From assembly GCA_964399335.1 (NCBI GenBank), contig CAYNQI010000002.1, forward strand, positions 1 to 61,264: a DNA stretch of 61,264 nt, written 5' to 3'. Positions 28,565 through 38,294 of the stretch are shown here, in pieces. The stretch is from an uncultured Thermoplasmata archaeon (GTDB lineage: Archaea; Thermoplasmatota; Thermoplasmata; Halarchaeoplasmatales; Halarchaeoplasmataceae). Below the pieces are notes generated by a model that saw only the letters and a list, made by a program, of their open reading frames with translations, was not told the origin of the DNA and searched no databases. Both the position numbers and the translations under genes were made by a program. How positions within the stretch are numbered: position 1 is the stretch's first letter; each line of letters starts with the position of its first letter.

Positions 28565-29002
28565 CTACTTTTCTATCTTAACGTCCAATTTTCTCTTGAG
28601 GGTATCTTCGATAGGGCACCTGTTCTGAATCTTCTTGAGAAACTCATCCATTTTATCTTCAGGTATCCCTTGTATTTCATCTATTTTGACCCTGATACTC
28701 TGGAAACCTGACGGTACATCAGCCGTACCCATAAAACCTCGTGGATCTAGGTCACCTTCTATCTTCAATTTAAAATCCTCAAGTTCGAGGTCCATCTCTT
28801 TCGCCACTACAACCCCTACGATACTCAAACATCCCCCAAGTGAGCTTAAAAGTACTTCTACCGGGTTGGGCCCTTTATCAGTGCCACCTAGATTATCAGG
28901 TTCATCTATAGTGAGGGTAAAATCTCTCATCCTCGCCTCACATTCCATACCCTTTTTCTTGTCAACTTCAGCTTTGAACGTAGCCATCTTTGGTTCGGCC
29001 AT
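28565..29002 (-). CDS. OsmC/Ohr-family protein (paralogue 2)
   Basis: IDEPDNLGGTDKGPNPVEVLLSSLGGC...RCPI; closely similar to 20407-20850. Confidence 0.88.
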   Translation of the reverse strand: MAEPKMATFKAEVDKKKGMECEARMRDFTLTIDEPDNLGGTDKGPNPVEVLLSSLGGCLSIVGVVVAKEMDLELEDFKLKIEGDLDPRGFMGTADVPSGFQSIRVKIDEIQGIPEDKMDEFLKKIQNRCPIEDTLKRKLDVKIEK

Positions 29003-29065
29003 TTTTATCACCATATTTATTATAACGGCGTAATTTTTAAACTTGTTGGTTTTTAAAATATCACT

Positions 29066-29491
29066 TCACTCTATTTCAGGTTTCAAAACTATCTCGGATC
29101 TCATACTTTTTGATATGAGACAGTTCTTTTTAGCTAATTCCAGAGCCCTTTCTATCTTTTTCTTGTCATCCTCGTTCTTCAATTCAACTCTAGGGACCAG
29201 ATCTATTTTAGTTATCATGCTGCCTTCATCAGTATCTTCGAGTATACCTCTAGTTTCTAATTCAAAATCTGATATTTCAGTCCTCATCTTTTCTAGAGTA
29301 GACTTGAAAGTAATGGAATAACACATAGCTAGTGAACCAACGAAAGCATCTTCAGGATTCATCATACCATCTGCTCCACCGAACTCTACGGGTTTGTTAA
29401 ATCCACAAGCATAGCCACAATCCATGCTTATACTACCGTGCTCGTCTTCCTTATCGCTCCAATGAACGATACTTGTGTATTCATGAGTCAT
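29066..29491 (-). CDS. OsmC-family protein (paralogue 3, divergent)
   Basis: PVEFGG...NPEDAFVGSLAMCY...AKKNCLISKSM. Confidence 0.85.
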   Translation of the reverse strand: MTHEYTSIVHWSDKEDEHGSISMDCGYACGFNKPVEFGGADGMMNPEDAFVGSLAMCYSITFKSTLEKMRTEISDFELETRGILEDTDEGSMITKIDLVPRVELKNEDDKKKIERALELAKKNCLISKSMRSEIVLKPEIE

Positions 29492-29650
29492 GGTTATGCA
29501 AAAATACTACAAAAATATAAATCTTGTGTTTGATGCTCTGATAAATGAGTCCATAAATACAATCAGGGAAAGTTATTTCGTCGGAATTCACTAAAACTTA
29601 ATTCCATGAATGAAAAAAATCTAATCGGGAGATGTGGACATTACTGCGGG

Positions 29651-29910
29651 TCATGTATAATATACAGGGCATACCTCCAGAAGTTTCATCATGTTTCTCA
29701 AAGATACCCGTGACATAATTGCAGCTTTCCAAAGAGTAACTTACCCCTTTTCATATTTTTTAAAGCATTCTCTATCCTCTTCTCTTTCAAACTAGACTTT
29801 ATCAACTCTCTGATTAGAGTCGATCTATCTTTGGACTCCTCCTCCTCCGTAATCTCATCTATCTGTTTCTTTAAAGACTCAGGTATCCTGAGAGATATAG
29901 ACTTGCTCAT
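29651..29910 (-). pseudogene. Disrupted RHH/UPF0175-family putative antitoxin gene
   Basis: N-terminal RHH ISLRIPESLKKQIDE...DRSTLIRELI. After a 6-A run (29756-29761) the family-like text YEKG*VTLWKAA...SLRNMMKLLE continues in another frame, with an in-frame TAA at 29741-29743. Confidence 0.7.
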
Positions 29911-30039
29911 GTATTCACATTGTAATACATTATATACATAATGTGATAAATATATGTTTTAAAACTTTATACCACTATAATCTCTTAGGGTAAATTTTAT
30001 TTATACTGATATATATGATGATTTACTTTGGTGAATTAA

Positions 30040-30408
30040 ATGGGATTAATGGATGCATTCAAAGGATATTTGTTCGCGAAATTCTTAGTTGGTGGATTGG
30101 TTTTAAACATAGCAGGACTAGTTTTATTGGGTATGGCTATCAGAGATAACAGACCTGACGGGTTTGCTATTTCTGTATTTTTGTTTATAATTGGCTTCGG
30201 ATTGCTTTATATGGCCCATAAGATATGGAGTAGCGAAAGGGATGATGCAAACACCTCCACCAGTTCTATGGGAATAGGTTATTCAAAGGAATCAAAATTG
30301 AAAGAATGTCCAAAATGCGGACAAGAAAAGATGGATGTAGAATTCGACGGTTCTGGTGTCTGTAGCGGATGTGGATATTCCACACAGGAATACGAGTCAG
30401 AGTTCTGA
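30040..30408 (+). CDS. Two-TM membrane protein with C-terminal zinc ribbon
   Basis: Two hydrophobic helices followed by CPKC...CSGC. Confidence 0.7.
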   Translation: MGLMDAFKGYLFAKFLVGGLVLNIAGLVLLGMAIRDNRPDGFAISVFLFIIGFGLLYMAHKIWSSERDDANTSTSSMGIGYSKESKLKECPKCGQEKMDVEFDGSGVCSGCGYSTQEYESEF

Positions 30409-30486
30409 AGTAAACACCATTTGGATTGTCTTCAAATAAAAGATCTTAAGATAAATATTATAAAAAATATTGACATTGTAAGTACT

Positions 30487-31041
30487 ATGACTGAAAAGAA
30501 AATAGACATCGAAGAGGCGGCTAAAGAAGTAGAATTGGTCAGTAAAAGATTAGCGTTGCTTCATTTAGCTTATGCAAAAACTCTTACTGAAGAGTTGGGT
30601 GAGGAACGTGGTGAAGAATTGGTTTTAAAGTCTATAAAAAGATACGGTCGATGGATTGGAGAGAAAAGAAGAGAAGAGATAGAAGAAAAGGGATTAGAGC
30701 CGATCCCTGAGAACTTCAGTAAAGGAAATGTTTTAAGGATCCCAAAGTTCGGTATGCACTCGGAGTTGGAAAGTACGGGGGATTCCATGAAACTTTTTGG
30801 ATGTACTATGGGAAAGTTATGGCGTGAATACGGTGAGGAAGAACTCGGAAGACTTTACTGTTACGTAGATCCAGCAAAATATCTGGGATTCAATGAAGAT
30901 CACATCCAGGTCCACAAAAAAGCCATGCCTGCTGGGGATGAGTGTTGTGAGTTCGTGGTAAGAAGATCTACAAAAAAAGAAAAAGAACTGTTTAAGTCCG
31001 AGGATGAAGACTTTTCAGAAATTGATGAACATTTAAAATAA
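30487..31041 (+). CDS. L-2-amino-thiazoline-4-carboxylate hydrolase-like (ATC hydrolase family) protein
   Basis: LLHLAYAKTL...LGEERG...IKRYG, CTMGKLW...GRLYCYVDPA...GDECCEF pattern. Start at ATG 30487. Confidence 0.7.
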   Translation: MTEKKIDIEEAAKEVELVSKRLALLHLAYAKTLTEELGEERGEELVLKSIKRYGRWIGEKRREEIEEKGLEPIPENFSKGNVLRIPKFGMHSELESTGDSMKLFGCTMGKLWREYGEEELGRLYCYVDPAKYLGFNEDHIQVHKKAMPAGDECCEFVVRRSTKKEKELFKSEDEDFSEIDEHLK

Positions 31042-31103
31042 GGAAAAATTTAATCCATGTCTTGACTTTCAAATCTAAATAAACAGTTTAATCTATATCG
31101 GAT

Positions 31104-32288
31104 GTGAAGTTATTGATAACAGATAGAGGTCATGTTTCCAAATTCGTGGTAATCACGCTCCTGATAATGGGGGCCTTCGGTGTCATGGGAGGTGGTCTAG
31201 TAGCTCCGGGTCTACCAACAATAGGTCGAGCATTCGATGCACCCGACGAACAGATCGGGTTGATTTTAAGTCTATATACATTAGCTGCGGCAATGAGTCT
31301 TCCATTTATAGGGTATTTTATCGATGCAGTAGGCAGGAGAAAAGTTGGAATAACATGTTTACTCATCGATGGGATCACTGGCTTAGCCATAATTTTTGTT
31401 CCTAACTTTCACACTTTATTAGTACTAAGATTCATACAAGGTATCGGAATAGCTGGCTTAATTCCAGTAGCTATGACCGTTATCGGTGATATCTTTACAG
31501 GAGATACAAGACTGAGATTTATGGGTTACCTAAGTGGAACTATATCCTTAGGAGCTGTTATTATCCCCACGATCGGAGGTACTCTTGCCTCAGTGGATTG
31601 GAGGCTGGTCTTTGCAGTCTATGGTCTATCGATCTTTCTAGCCGTTGTATTTTTCTTCACACTTCCTGAAACTAGACGCGTGAAGAAATCAAGTGGTGTA
31701 AGATCAGATTCTGCTCTAGAATACGCTAAATCATTGGTATCGACATTGAAGATCAAAAATATTCGGAACGTGATGGTCCATTCATTCATCATATTCTTTC
31801 TACTTTACGCTTTAGTTACTTACCTTCCTATCTATCTTTTCAAAACACATGGTTTTGGTGAGCTTTTCAGTGGATTTGCCCTTTCCATCCAAGGCGCTTT
31901 TGGAGCAATCTTAGCTTCTCGAGCTGAATTCATCGCCGGTTATCTAGATTGGAGAAAGAGAGCTTCGTTGGGTTTTTTACTGGTATCTTTAAGTTTTCTA
32001 TTCTTACCTTTCTGGAATGTTGGGAGTTATTTAATAACTATCAGTTTCATAACCTACGGTATCGGTATGGGTATCGTTTCTCCGACTATATATAACAGGG
32101 TTACTAAGTTATCTCCACCGAAACTCTCTGGATCGGTTATAGCTGTTTTCAACATGATGAAATATATCGGAATGACTGCTGCCCCCATAATTATCGGCCT
32201 GCTTTTGATATTCTTTGGATTGAATACTATATTCATCAGCGTTGGGATTCTATCAATTTTATGGGCGATTCTAACTTTCTTTTACTGA
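31104..32288 (+). CDS. MFS transporter
   Basis: GYFIDAVGRR, LRFIQGIG, about 12 TM segments. Confidence 0.88.
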   Translation: MKLLITDRGHVSKFVVITLLIMGAFGVMGGGLVAPGLPTIGRAFDAPDEQIGLILSLYTLAAAMSLPFIGYFIDAVGRRKVGITCLLIDGITGLAIIFVPNFHTLLVLRFIQGIGIAGLIPVAMTVIGDIFTGDTRLRFMGYLSGTISLGAVIIPTIGGTLASVDWRLVFAVYGLSIFLAVVFFFTLPETRRVKKSSGVRSDSALEYAKSLVSTLKIKNIRNVMVHSFIIFFLLYALVTYLPIYLFKTHGFGELFSGFALSIQGAFGAILASRAEFIAGYLDWRKRASLGFLLVSLSFLFLPFWNVGSYLITISFITYGIGMGIVSPTIYNRVTKLSPPKLSGSVIAVFNMMKYIGMTAAPIIIGLLLIFFGLNTIFISVGILSILWAILTFFY

Positions 32289-32289
32289 G

Positions 32290-32853
32290 CTACTTTTGAA
32301 ATGAAACAAAAAAATGATGTTTGTTTTTATAAGATTTGATCGGAGCAAAACCATATCTTTCAAGCAATTCAATCGCTTCTTTTAATGGAAAGCGTTTCGA
32401 TGCAGGAGGACCATGGCTGGTTTCTCCCTCTTTATCCCAATCAACAACACACATTTTACCGCCTTCATTGATCAATCTGTAAAGTTCTTCGAATGTGGCT
32501 TCATCGTCTATTTCGTGGAGAACGTTGATCAAAAAAGCCTTATCGATTTCTCCGTCCTTGATCGGGATGCACCCCTCTTCGTTCAATAGGACTTCTATAT
32601 TTTTACATCCGTTCTCTTGGCACTTCTTCCTCAACTTATCAAGCATCTCTTCCTGCACATCTACGGCGTAAACTTTCCCATCCGTTAACCTCCTAGATAT
32701 GGGAAAAGTCAAAAATCCAGTTCCTGCTCCAAAGTCTAGAACAGTATCATTCTTTTCTATATCTAACAATGAAAATATATCATCAGGTGCTAATCTTTCT
32801 CGTCTTTCTTTGGAATCTAGATGGTCCGCGTTATCTGGGTCGAACTTGCTCAT
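32290..32853 (-). CDS. Class I SAM-dependent methyltransferase
   Basis: VLDFGAGTGF, YAVDVQEEML, NVLHEI, VVDW...HGPP. Confidence 0.88.
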   Translation of the reverse strand: MSKFDPDNADHLDSKERRERLAPDDIFSLLDIEKNDTVLDFGAGTGFLTFPISRRLTDGKVYAVDVQEEMLDKLRKKCQENGCKNIEVLLNEEGCIPIKDGEIDKAFLINVLHEIDDEATFEELYRLINEGGKMCVVDWDKEGETSHGPPASKRFPLKEAIELLERYGFAPIKSYKNKHHFFVSFQK

Positions 32854-33002
32854 ACTCTTATAAAGTTCCTACTAATCAATAAATTTTGTTAATCATCTTT
32901 TCAATTATTATATCTCTATCTACTCACCAAAAACAGATGAAAAATTATATGAGTTACTTTTCACATCTCAGCTCAAATAAAAAATTACCATGAAGTGATA
33001 AT

Positions 33003-33326
33003 ATGGGAAAGAACAAATACGACGTAAAAAGAGGTCATTTCAAGAATATAGAAGGTGACCAATTGAAGGAATTGATGGATGAGATCTTCGAGGATGTTGA
33101 AGAAAAAGATGAAAAACTGGAGACATCTTACGGAGCAATTGATCATCTTGAAGTCTGGACTGAAGGCAGAACCGGCTTATGGGTCGATATCGAGATGGAT
33201 GATGATGCCGACGAACAGGAAGCCATGGATACTATTTCGAAATGGAATGATTTCTTGGAAAGAGCTACCGGTTTCGATGCTAAAAAAAGAAGAAAAAGGG
33301 CCAAGAAAAAAGCGAAGAAGTCTTGA
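33003..33326 (+). CDS. DUF5611-like small archaeal protein
   Basis: YDVKRGH...TSYGA...WNDFLERATGFDAKKRRK with a basic tail. Confidence 0.65.
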   Translation: MGKNKYDVKRGHFKNIEGDQLKELMDEIFEDVEEKDEKLETSYGAIDHLEVWTEGRTGLWVDIEMDDDADEQEAMDTISKWNDFLERATGFDAKKRRKRAKKKAKKS

Positions 33327-33368
33327 TAAATACTATATATACCAAATATTTTACCAAGAAGTGATTAT

Positions 33369-33959
33369 ATGGCTGAAGAAAATAAATTAGCAAATGTCGC
33401 CCCTCTAGGTTTGATGGGTTTCGGAATGACTACTGTACTGTTGAACATTCATAATGCAGGTATTATTCCCCTCGGAGGCATGATTCTAGCGATGGGCATA
33501 TTCTATGGAGGTTTCGCCCAACTGATAGCGGGTTGGTGGGAGATCAAACAGAATAACACTTTCGCTGCGGTCGCTTTCAGTTCTTATGGCCTATTTTGGC
33601 TTACTTTCGTAGGTATACGTATTATACCCGCAGTCGTTGAAGGTATTGAAGCACCAGGCCATACTGCAACAGCGGCTTACCTTGCCATGTGGGGGCTGTT
33701 CACAGGATGGATGTTCCTTTCGACGCTTAAGTTGAATAGAGCTCTTCAAGTGGTTTTCTCAACATTAACGATACTGTTCTTCCTGCTAGCTACTGCCTAT
33801 GCTATCGGTCCGGATAGTGATGCAGGTCAGATCGTTTACACAATAGCTGGTATAGAAGGTATCTTCTGCGGATTCAGTGCGATATACACCGCCCTCGCTG
33901 AGGTCACCAACGAGTACTATGATAAAACCATATTCCCGATCGGACCTGTTGAGGAATGA
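33369..33959 (+). CDS. satP: Acetate uptake transporter (SatP/GPR1/FUN34/YaaH family)
   Basis: LANVAPLGLMGFGMTT, FYGGFAQLIAG, FSSYGLFW. Confidence 0.88.
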   Translation: MAEENKLANVAPLGLMGFGMTTVLLNIHNAGIIPLGGMILAMGIFYGGFAQLIAGWWEIKQNNTFAAVAFSSYGLFWLTFVGIRIIPAVVEGIEAPGHTATAAYLAMWGLFTGWMFLSTLKLNRALQVVFSTLTILFFLLATAYAIGPDSDAGQIVYTIAGIEGIFCGFSAIYTALAEVTNEYYDKTIFPIGPVEE

Positions 33960-34462
33960 TGGTACTCGTTCGATATCTTAAACCTAGTGGAGAAACCAGA
34001 GAGTGGGAACAGACCCTATTGGCGGATAGAGATGATATGATCGTATCAACCTTTCGATTCCGCCTTAAAAAACCTTTTTCACCTTTTGATTCCCGTATTT
34101 TGATTAAAGATGGATACTATGGGGTATTGTTTGATTTTTTAGATAGATGGTACAACGTTGTCAAGATATATGATTGTAAGAAAAATTTTGTAGGATATTA
34201 TTCAGATATTCGAACCCCTCCGAGACGGATCAAGGATGGTTACGAAGCCGTGGATTTATTCTTGGATTTTTGGGTGGATCTAGATGGAAGTTACATAATT
34301 TTAGATCTCGATGAATTTCAGGCATTTGATTTATCTAAGGATCTGAAAAAACAAGCTAAGCAAACTGCACGAATATTGAAAGAAATGATCGAAAAGGACT
34401 GTTATCCGCCAAAAATTGTGAAATCGTTTGATATATCTGCAGATGAAATCGGTAGTTTATAG
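33956..34462 (+). CDS. DUF402 domain protein
   Basis: WYNVVKIYD...GYYSDIRTP...AVDLFLDFWVD...LDLDE. ATG overlaps the satP stop codon. Confidence 0.78.
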   Translation: MMVLVRYLKPSGETREWEQTLLADRDDMIVSTFRFRLKKPFSPFDSRILIKDGYYGVLFDFLDRWYNVVKIYDCKKNFVGYYSDIRTPPRRIKDGYEAVDLFLDFWVDLDGSYIILDLDEFQAFDLSKDLKKQAKQTARILKEMIEKDCYPPKIVKSFDISADEIGSL

Positions 34463-34487
34463 TTCGAACGAATTTGAAAAACTATTT

Positions 34488-34874
34488 CCGGCGGAATTCG
34501 CCGGCGGCGAGTGTCAATTTTCAAACTTATATATTTGAAATTTAATTAATATCTCGGTTTACTACTATATAAACTTATATAAAGTGTCATACAACTTCCT
34601 TTAAATTCCCTTAAGGATTATTACCAGGAAGCGTCTGACGAAAGATTTTTTATAGATTAGTACATCCTTAGATTTCCCTAGTCAAAACCCCCCTACTTGG
34701 TGAAAGCAAGTGCGAATCAAAGGCTTAGCATATGTAAAATCTAGGTTCCGAGTTCCACATGAAATATAGGGGGTAACAAATATAGCCCTGATGATCAAAG
34801 CGACGGTCATATTAAAGGATCGTTTAAAGCCTTCAAGCCCAGAAGGTTTCATAAGATTACAGGGGGAGATAAAT
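34488..34874. promoter_or_regulatory. Candidate replication origin (oriC) upstream of cdc6
   Basis: About 410-bp intergenic region. ORB-like GTTCCACATGAAATATAGGGGG at 34752-34773, an AT-rich tract at about 34515-34600, a C-string near 34688 and a second G-string element near 34846-34866. Confidence 0.7.
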
Positions 34875-36158
34875 ATGGAAGGAAACGTATTCAGCAGCTA
34901 CATAAATTCGAAGCCTTTATTCAAGGGAGATAGAGATATCCTACGCCCCTCTTATATACCTGAGGAGCTACCTCATCGGGAGAAATATATCAACGATTTG
35001 GCATCCATCATGGTAACAGCATTAAGAGGAAACAGACCCTCTAATGTACTGATCTTTGGTAAAACGGGAACAGGTAAAACAGCAGTTGTTCGTTATTTAG
35101 AAAGGGAGATCCGCCGATTGAAAAAAGAGTCCGCTGATAGTAATCTAGAAGGTGAATTTGACGACAAAAAAATTAACCAGGTAGAGTATGTTTACATAAA
35201 TTGTGAGGTAGTAGATACTCATTATGGTGTAATGAAGAATATCGGTAACAAGTTTGTAGAAAAATGGAGTGAACAAATTCCGTTCACCGGTTGGCCCATG
35301 GAGAAGGTTTACGAATCATTAAAAGATAGAATCGATGAAAAATCTAGAGTTGTCGTGATAATTTTAGACGAATTAGACAAACTCGTAACGAAAAGTGGTG
35401 ATTCTGTCCTATACCATCTTTCGAAAATAAATTCCGAACTGGAAAAAAGCAAGGTGAGTTTGATAGGGATATCTAACAATCTTAAATTCACAGAATTTTT
35501 AGATCCTCGGGTCAGAAGTCGTTTAGGTGAAGAAAAACTGATTTTCCCACCATACAATGCTGATCAATTGAAAGATATCCTATCTAAAAGAGCAAATAAG
35601 GCCTTCGAAATGGACATCATTAGTGGAGAAGTTGTGTCACTTTGCTCCGCCCTTGCAGCACAAGAGCATGGAGATGCTAGAAGAGCTTTGGATCTTCTTA
35701 GAGTTTCTACAGAGATCGCTGAAAGAGAGAATTGTGAAAACATTGATACTAACCATGTATATAAAGCAAAGAATAAGATTGAACAGGATTGTGTTAGAGA
35801 AGCAGTAACAACATTACCGACACATTCCAAACTTGTACTATACTCAATATTACTAAGTGAAAATAACGGCCATAAAAAAATGACTACAGGAGAGGTATAT
35901 GCCGGTTACAAAGAATTGTGCATACTCTCAGGTATGGATCCACTTACACAGAGAAGGATAACTGATCTGATTTCAGAATTGGATATGCTAGGCCTCATCA
36001 ACGCCAGGGTTAAATCCTTCGGTAGAAGAGGTAGAACTCGAGAGATACAAGCTAGTGTACAAAATGGAGATACCATAGAGATAATAGAGGAGGATGAAAG
36101 TATTAAACCTGTAGAAAAACTTTCACTTTCCTCAGTTAAACAAACAAAACTTATCTGA
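34875..36158 (+). CDS. cdc6: Orc1/Cdc6 replication initiator
   Basis: LPHRE, Walker A GKTGTGKT, YINC, LDELD, PPYNADQL, HGDARRALDLLR, winged helix with GRRGRT. Start ATG 34875 after a GGGGGAG RBS. Confidence 0.96.
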   Translation: MEGNVFSSYINSKPLFKGDRDILRPSYIPEELPHREKYINDLASIMVTALRGNRPSNVLIFGKTGTGKTAVVRYLEREIRRLKKESADSNLEGEFDDKKINQVEYVYINCEVVDTHYGVMKNIGNKFVEKWSEQIPFTGWPMEKVYESLKDRIDEKSRVVVIILDELDKLVTKSGDSVLYHLSKINSELEKSKVSLIGISNNLKFTEFLDPRVRSRLGEEKLIFPPYNADQLKDILSKRANKAFEMDIISGEVVSLCSALAAQEHGDARRALDLLRVSTEIAERENCENIDTNHVYKAKNKIEQDCVREAVTTLPTHSKLVLYSILLSENNGHKKMTTGEVYAGYKELCILSGMDPLTQRRITDLISELDMLGLINARVKSFGRRGRTREIQASVQNGDTIEIIEEDESIKPVEKLSLSSVKQTKLI

Positions 36159-36168
36159 AGGTAAAAAA

Positions 36169-37086
36169 TCAATATTTTTTCTTTAATATTTTTTTCTCTT
36201 TTCCTGTTTTGTTCTCTTTCTCTAGTTCAACTTCCTCATCATCTTTATCTTTCTTCTTATAGTAGTCTAAAGCATACTCTATAATTATCGGTAACGAAAT
36301 AATCACTGCTATGGATATGATAAGATTTCTCCAGGTGTTTGGAGGTACACTTTCTGTCCTTCCCATGTAAATCAGTTTTAACGACCCGAACCATGGTAAT
36401 TCTCCTCTAGCTTTACCTTCAACCCATTCAATCCTGATAGGTTCATTAATGTTTCTTAAATTTCCTTGGTCATAAATGCCTCTATTATTATCTATATTGT
36501 TGTCGCCCATGGTGATAAAACCATCGGGCTGATACTCATTGTCGCTATTGAGAAAGGAACCCAAGTCTATCTCCAAAGTAACATCCCTGTGCCCATAATC
36601 ATTGAGTATTATATTCTTTGTGAGGCCATAAACCCTTTCGCCTTCATCGCTCTGCCAATCCTTTTCATAAGTTAAATCTGCAAGATCCGGTACATCGAAT
36701 CCATCTGCAGTTTCATTGTATTCTATGTACAATACTGGGCGGTGAATAACAGGAGTCTTATCCTCAGAACCATCTGGACGAAAGATTATCACATCCCCAT
36801 ATTGCCCATAAGTTCGATATCCTGAAGCTCTTCCTTCAATATATGTTACTATTTCATGCCTATCATTAACGGTTTTAACAGCCACTATGTCACCAGTATC
36901 TATAACACCCAACATGCTTTCAGGTGGATCACCTTCCCCATGGCTCATACTAGCAGATTCAATAACAACCATGGGTGGCCATCTACCAGTATATACATAC
37001 AGTGAGCTAAGTATTATCGCTAATATCAATAAAGCCACTGCAGCGTCCTTTAAAACCTGAACGATTTCGTCCCTATACTCTTGCAT
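36169..37086 (-). CDS. Archaeal signal peptidase I (S26 family)
   Basis: N-terminal TM, VVIESASM (Ser nucleophile), GDVIIF, VIHR, TMGDNN, C-terminal TM. Confidence 0.85.
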   Translation of the reverse strand: MQEYRDEIVQVLKDAAVALLILAIILSSLYVYTGRWPPMVVIESASMSHGEGDPPESMLGVIDTGDIVAVKTVNDRHEIVTYIEGRASGYRTYGQYGDVIIFRPDGSEDKTPVIHRPVLYIEYNETADGFDVPDLADLTYEKDWQSDEGERVYGLTKNIILNDYGHRDVTLEIDLGSFLNSDNEYQPDGFITMGDNNIDNNRGIYDQGNLRNINEPIRIEWVEGKARGELPWFGSLKLIYMGRTESVPPNTWRNLIISIAVIISLPIIIEYALDYYKKKDKDDEEVELEKENKTGKEKKILKKKY

Positions 37087-37113
37087 GTTAAAACCAATTA
37101 GGATGAAGCATTA

Positions 37114-37677
37114 TTAATTATTTTCTCGAAGAAAACCAGTCTTTGTTAGTTCCTCATATACTTTTTCAACACCTTTTTGTATATCTTCTTCATTCTTTCC
37201 GCCGGTACATACAACTTTTCCAGAACCAAAAAAAAGCATTACAAGTTTGGGATCATTCATCCTATAAACCAATCCTGGAAATTGTTCTGGTTCGTATTCT
37301 GTTCTTTCTAAACCCAAAGATATGGCTATTGAAGTGAGGTTCAATGTTCCTTTAAGATCAGTAGTAGCTACTATGTTTTGTATTTGAATCTCTGGTTCAT
37401 CTAGAACTTCAACACCTTTCTCTTCTAAAACTCCTTTAAGATGGGCAACTGTTTTGTATATCTCTTCTTCTTGCTTAGCACCTGTGCAAACCATCTTACC
37501 ACTTCCAAATAATAAAACCGATGTCCGTACACCAGGTTTTCTCAACTTATATATTACACCTCTGAACCTCTCTGGTTCGTACTCCGCACCATCTAAGATC
37601 CTGCATAGTTCATCGAGGTCAAAGGATTTTCCCAACGTGATCGAGGCAACAATATTTTGTACTTTTATATCAAACAA
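37114..37677 (-). CDS. tbp: TATA-box-binding protein
   Basis: Two repeats QNIVAS...YEPERFRG...FGSGKMVCTGAK and QNIVAT...YEPEQFPG...FGSGKVVCTG. TTG start. Confidence 0.96.
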   Translation of the reverse strand: MFDIKVQNIVASITLGKSFDLDELCRILDGAEYEPERFRGVIYKLRKPGVRTSVLLFGSGKMVCTGAKQEEEIYKTVAHLKGVLEEKGVEVLDEPEIQIQNIVATTDLKGTLNLTSIAISLGLERTEYEPEQFPGLVYRMNDPKLVMLFFGSGKVVCTGGKNEEDIQKGVEKVYEELTKTGFLRENN

Positions 37678-37808
37678 GTGTATCCCTCCTGATTTTTTAA
37701 TAATACTTTTTGAGCCTTCTCATAGAATATGTTCAATATTTATAAAACTTCGCTTCTATTATCTTCCATTCGAAAGTTAATTAAAGTAAAAGAGTTTACA
37801 TTAATTCG

Positions 37809-38252
37809 ATGAATAGACCTACAGTTGATGAATATTTTATGGCGATGGCAGAACTTGCTGGATCACGATCAACCTGTCTGCGAAGAAAAGTTGGGGCAGT
37901 GATCGTGAAAGATAAACAGGTGCTGAGTACTGGGTATAACGGTGCACCGAAGGAGTTACCCCACTGCGAAGAGGTAGGATGTAGAAGGAAGAAGATGAAA
38001 GTTAAATCCGGGACTAGACACGAACTATGCCGGGGGGTCCATGCAGAACAGAACGCGGTAATTCAAGCGGCGGTTTTTGGAGTAAGTGTAAAGAACGCAA
38101 CTTTGTACTGCACCCATCATCCATGTGTTTTATGCATGAAGATATTGATAAATGCTGATATTAAACGAGTTGTTTATAAAGAAGGGTACCCCGATGAACT
38201 TTCGAAAGAGATGCTAGAAGAGAGTAATATAATCATAGAAAAACTAGAATGA
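37809..38252 (+). CDS. dCMP deaminase family (cytidine/deoxycytidylate deaminase)
   Basis: RSTCLRRKVGA, TGYNG, HAEQNA, PCVLC. Confidence 0.92.
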   Translation: MNRPTVDEYFMAMAELAGSRSTCLRRKVGAVIVKDKQVLSTGYNGAPKELPHCEEVGCRRKKMKVKSGTRHELCRGVHAEQNAVIQAAVFGVSVKNATLYCTHHPCVLCMKILINADIKRVVYKEGYPDELSKEMLEESNIIIEKLE

Positions 38253-38294
38253 ACAGAAAAATTAAGATGGACCTGATAGGCCCGTTAAATGTTT

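Noticed and set aside
33079-33390. Alternative-frame 103-aa ORF overlapping the DUF5611-like gene
   Set aside because: Same-strand overlap with a better-supported ORF and no family features.
34791-34874. Longer N-terminus for Cdc6 given by the ORF track
   Set aside because: ATG 34875 has a strong RBS and a typical start; the extension runs into origin-like DNA.
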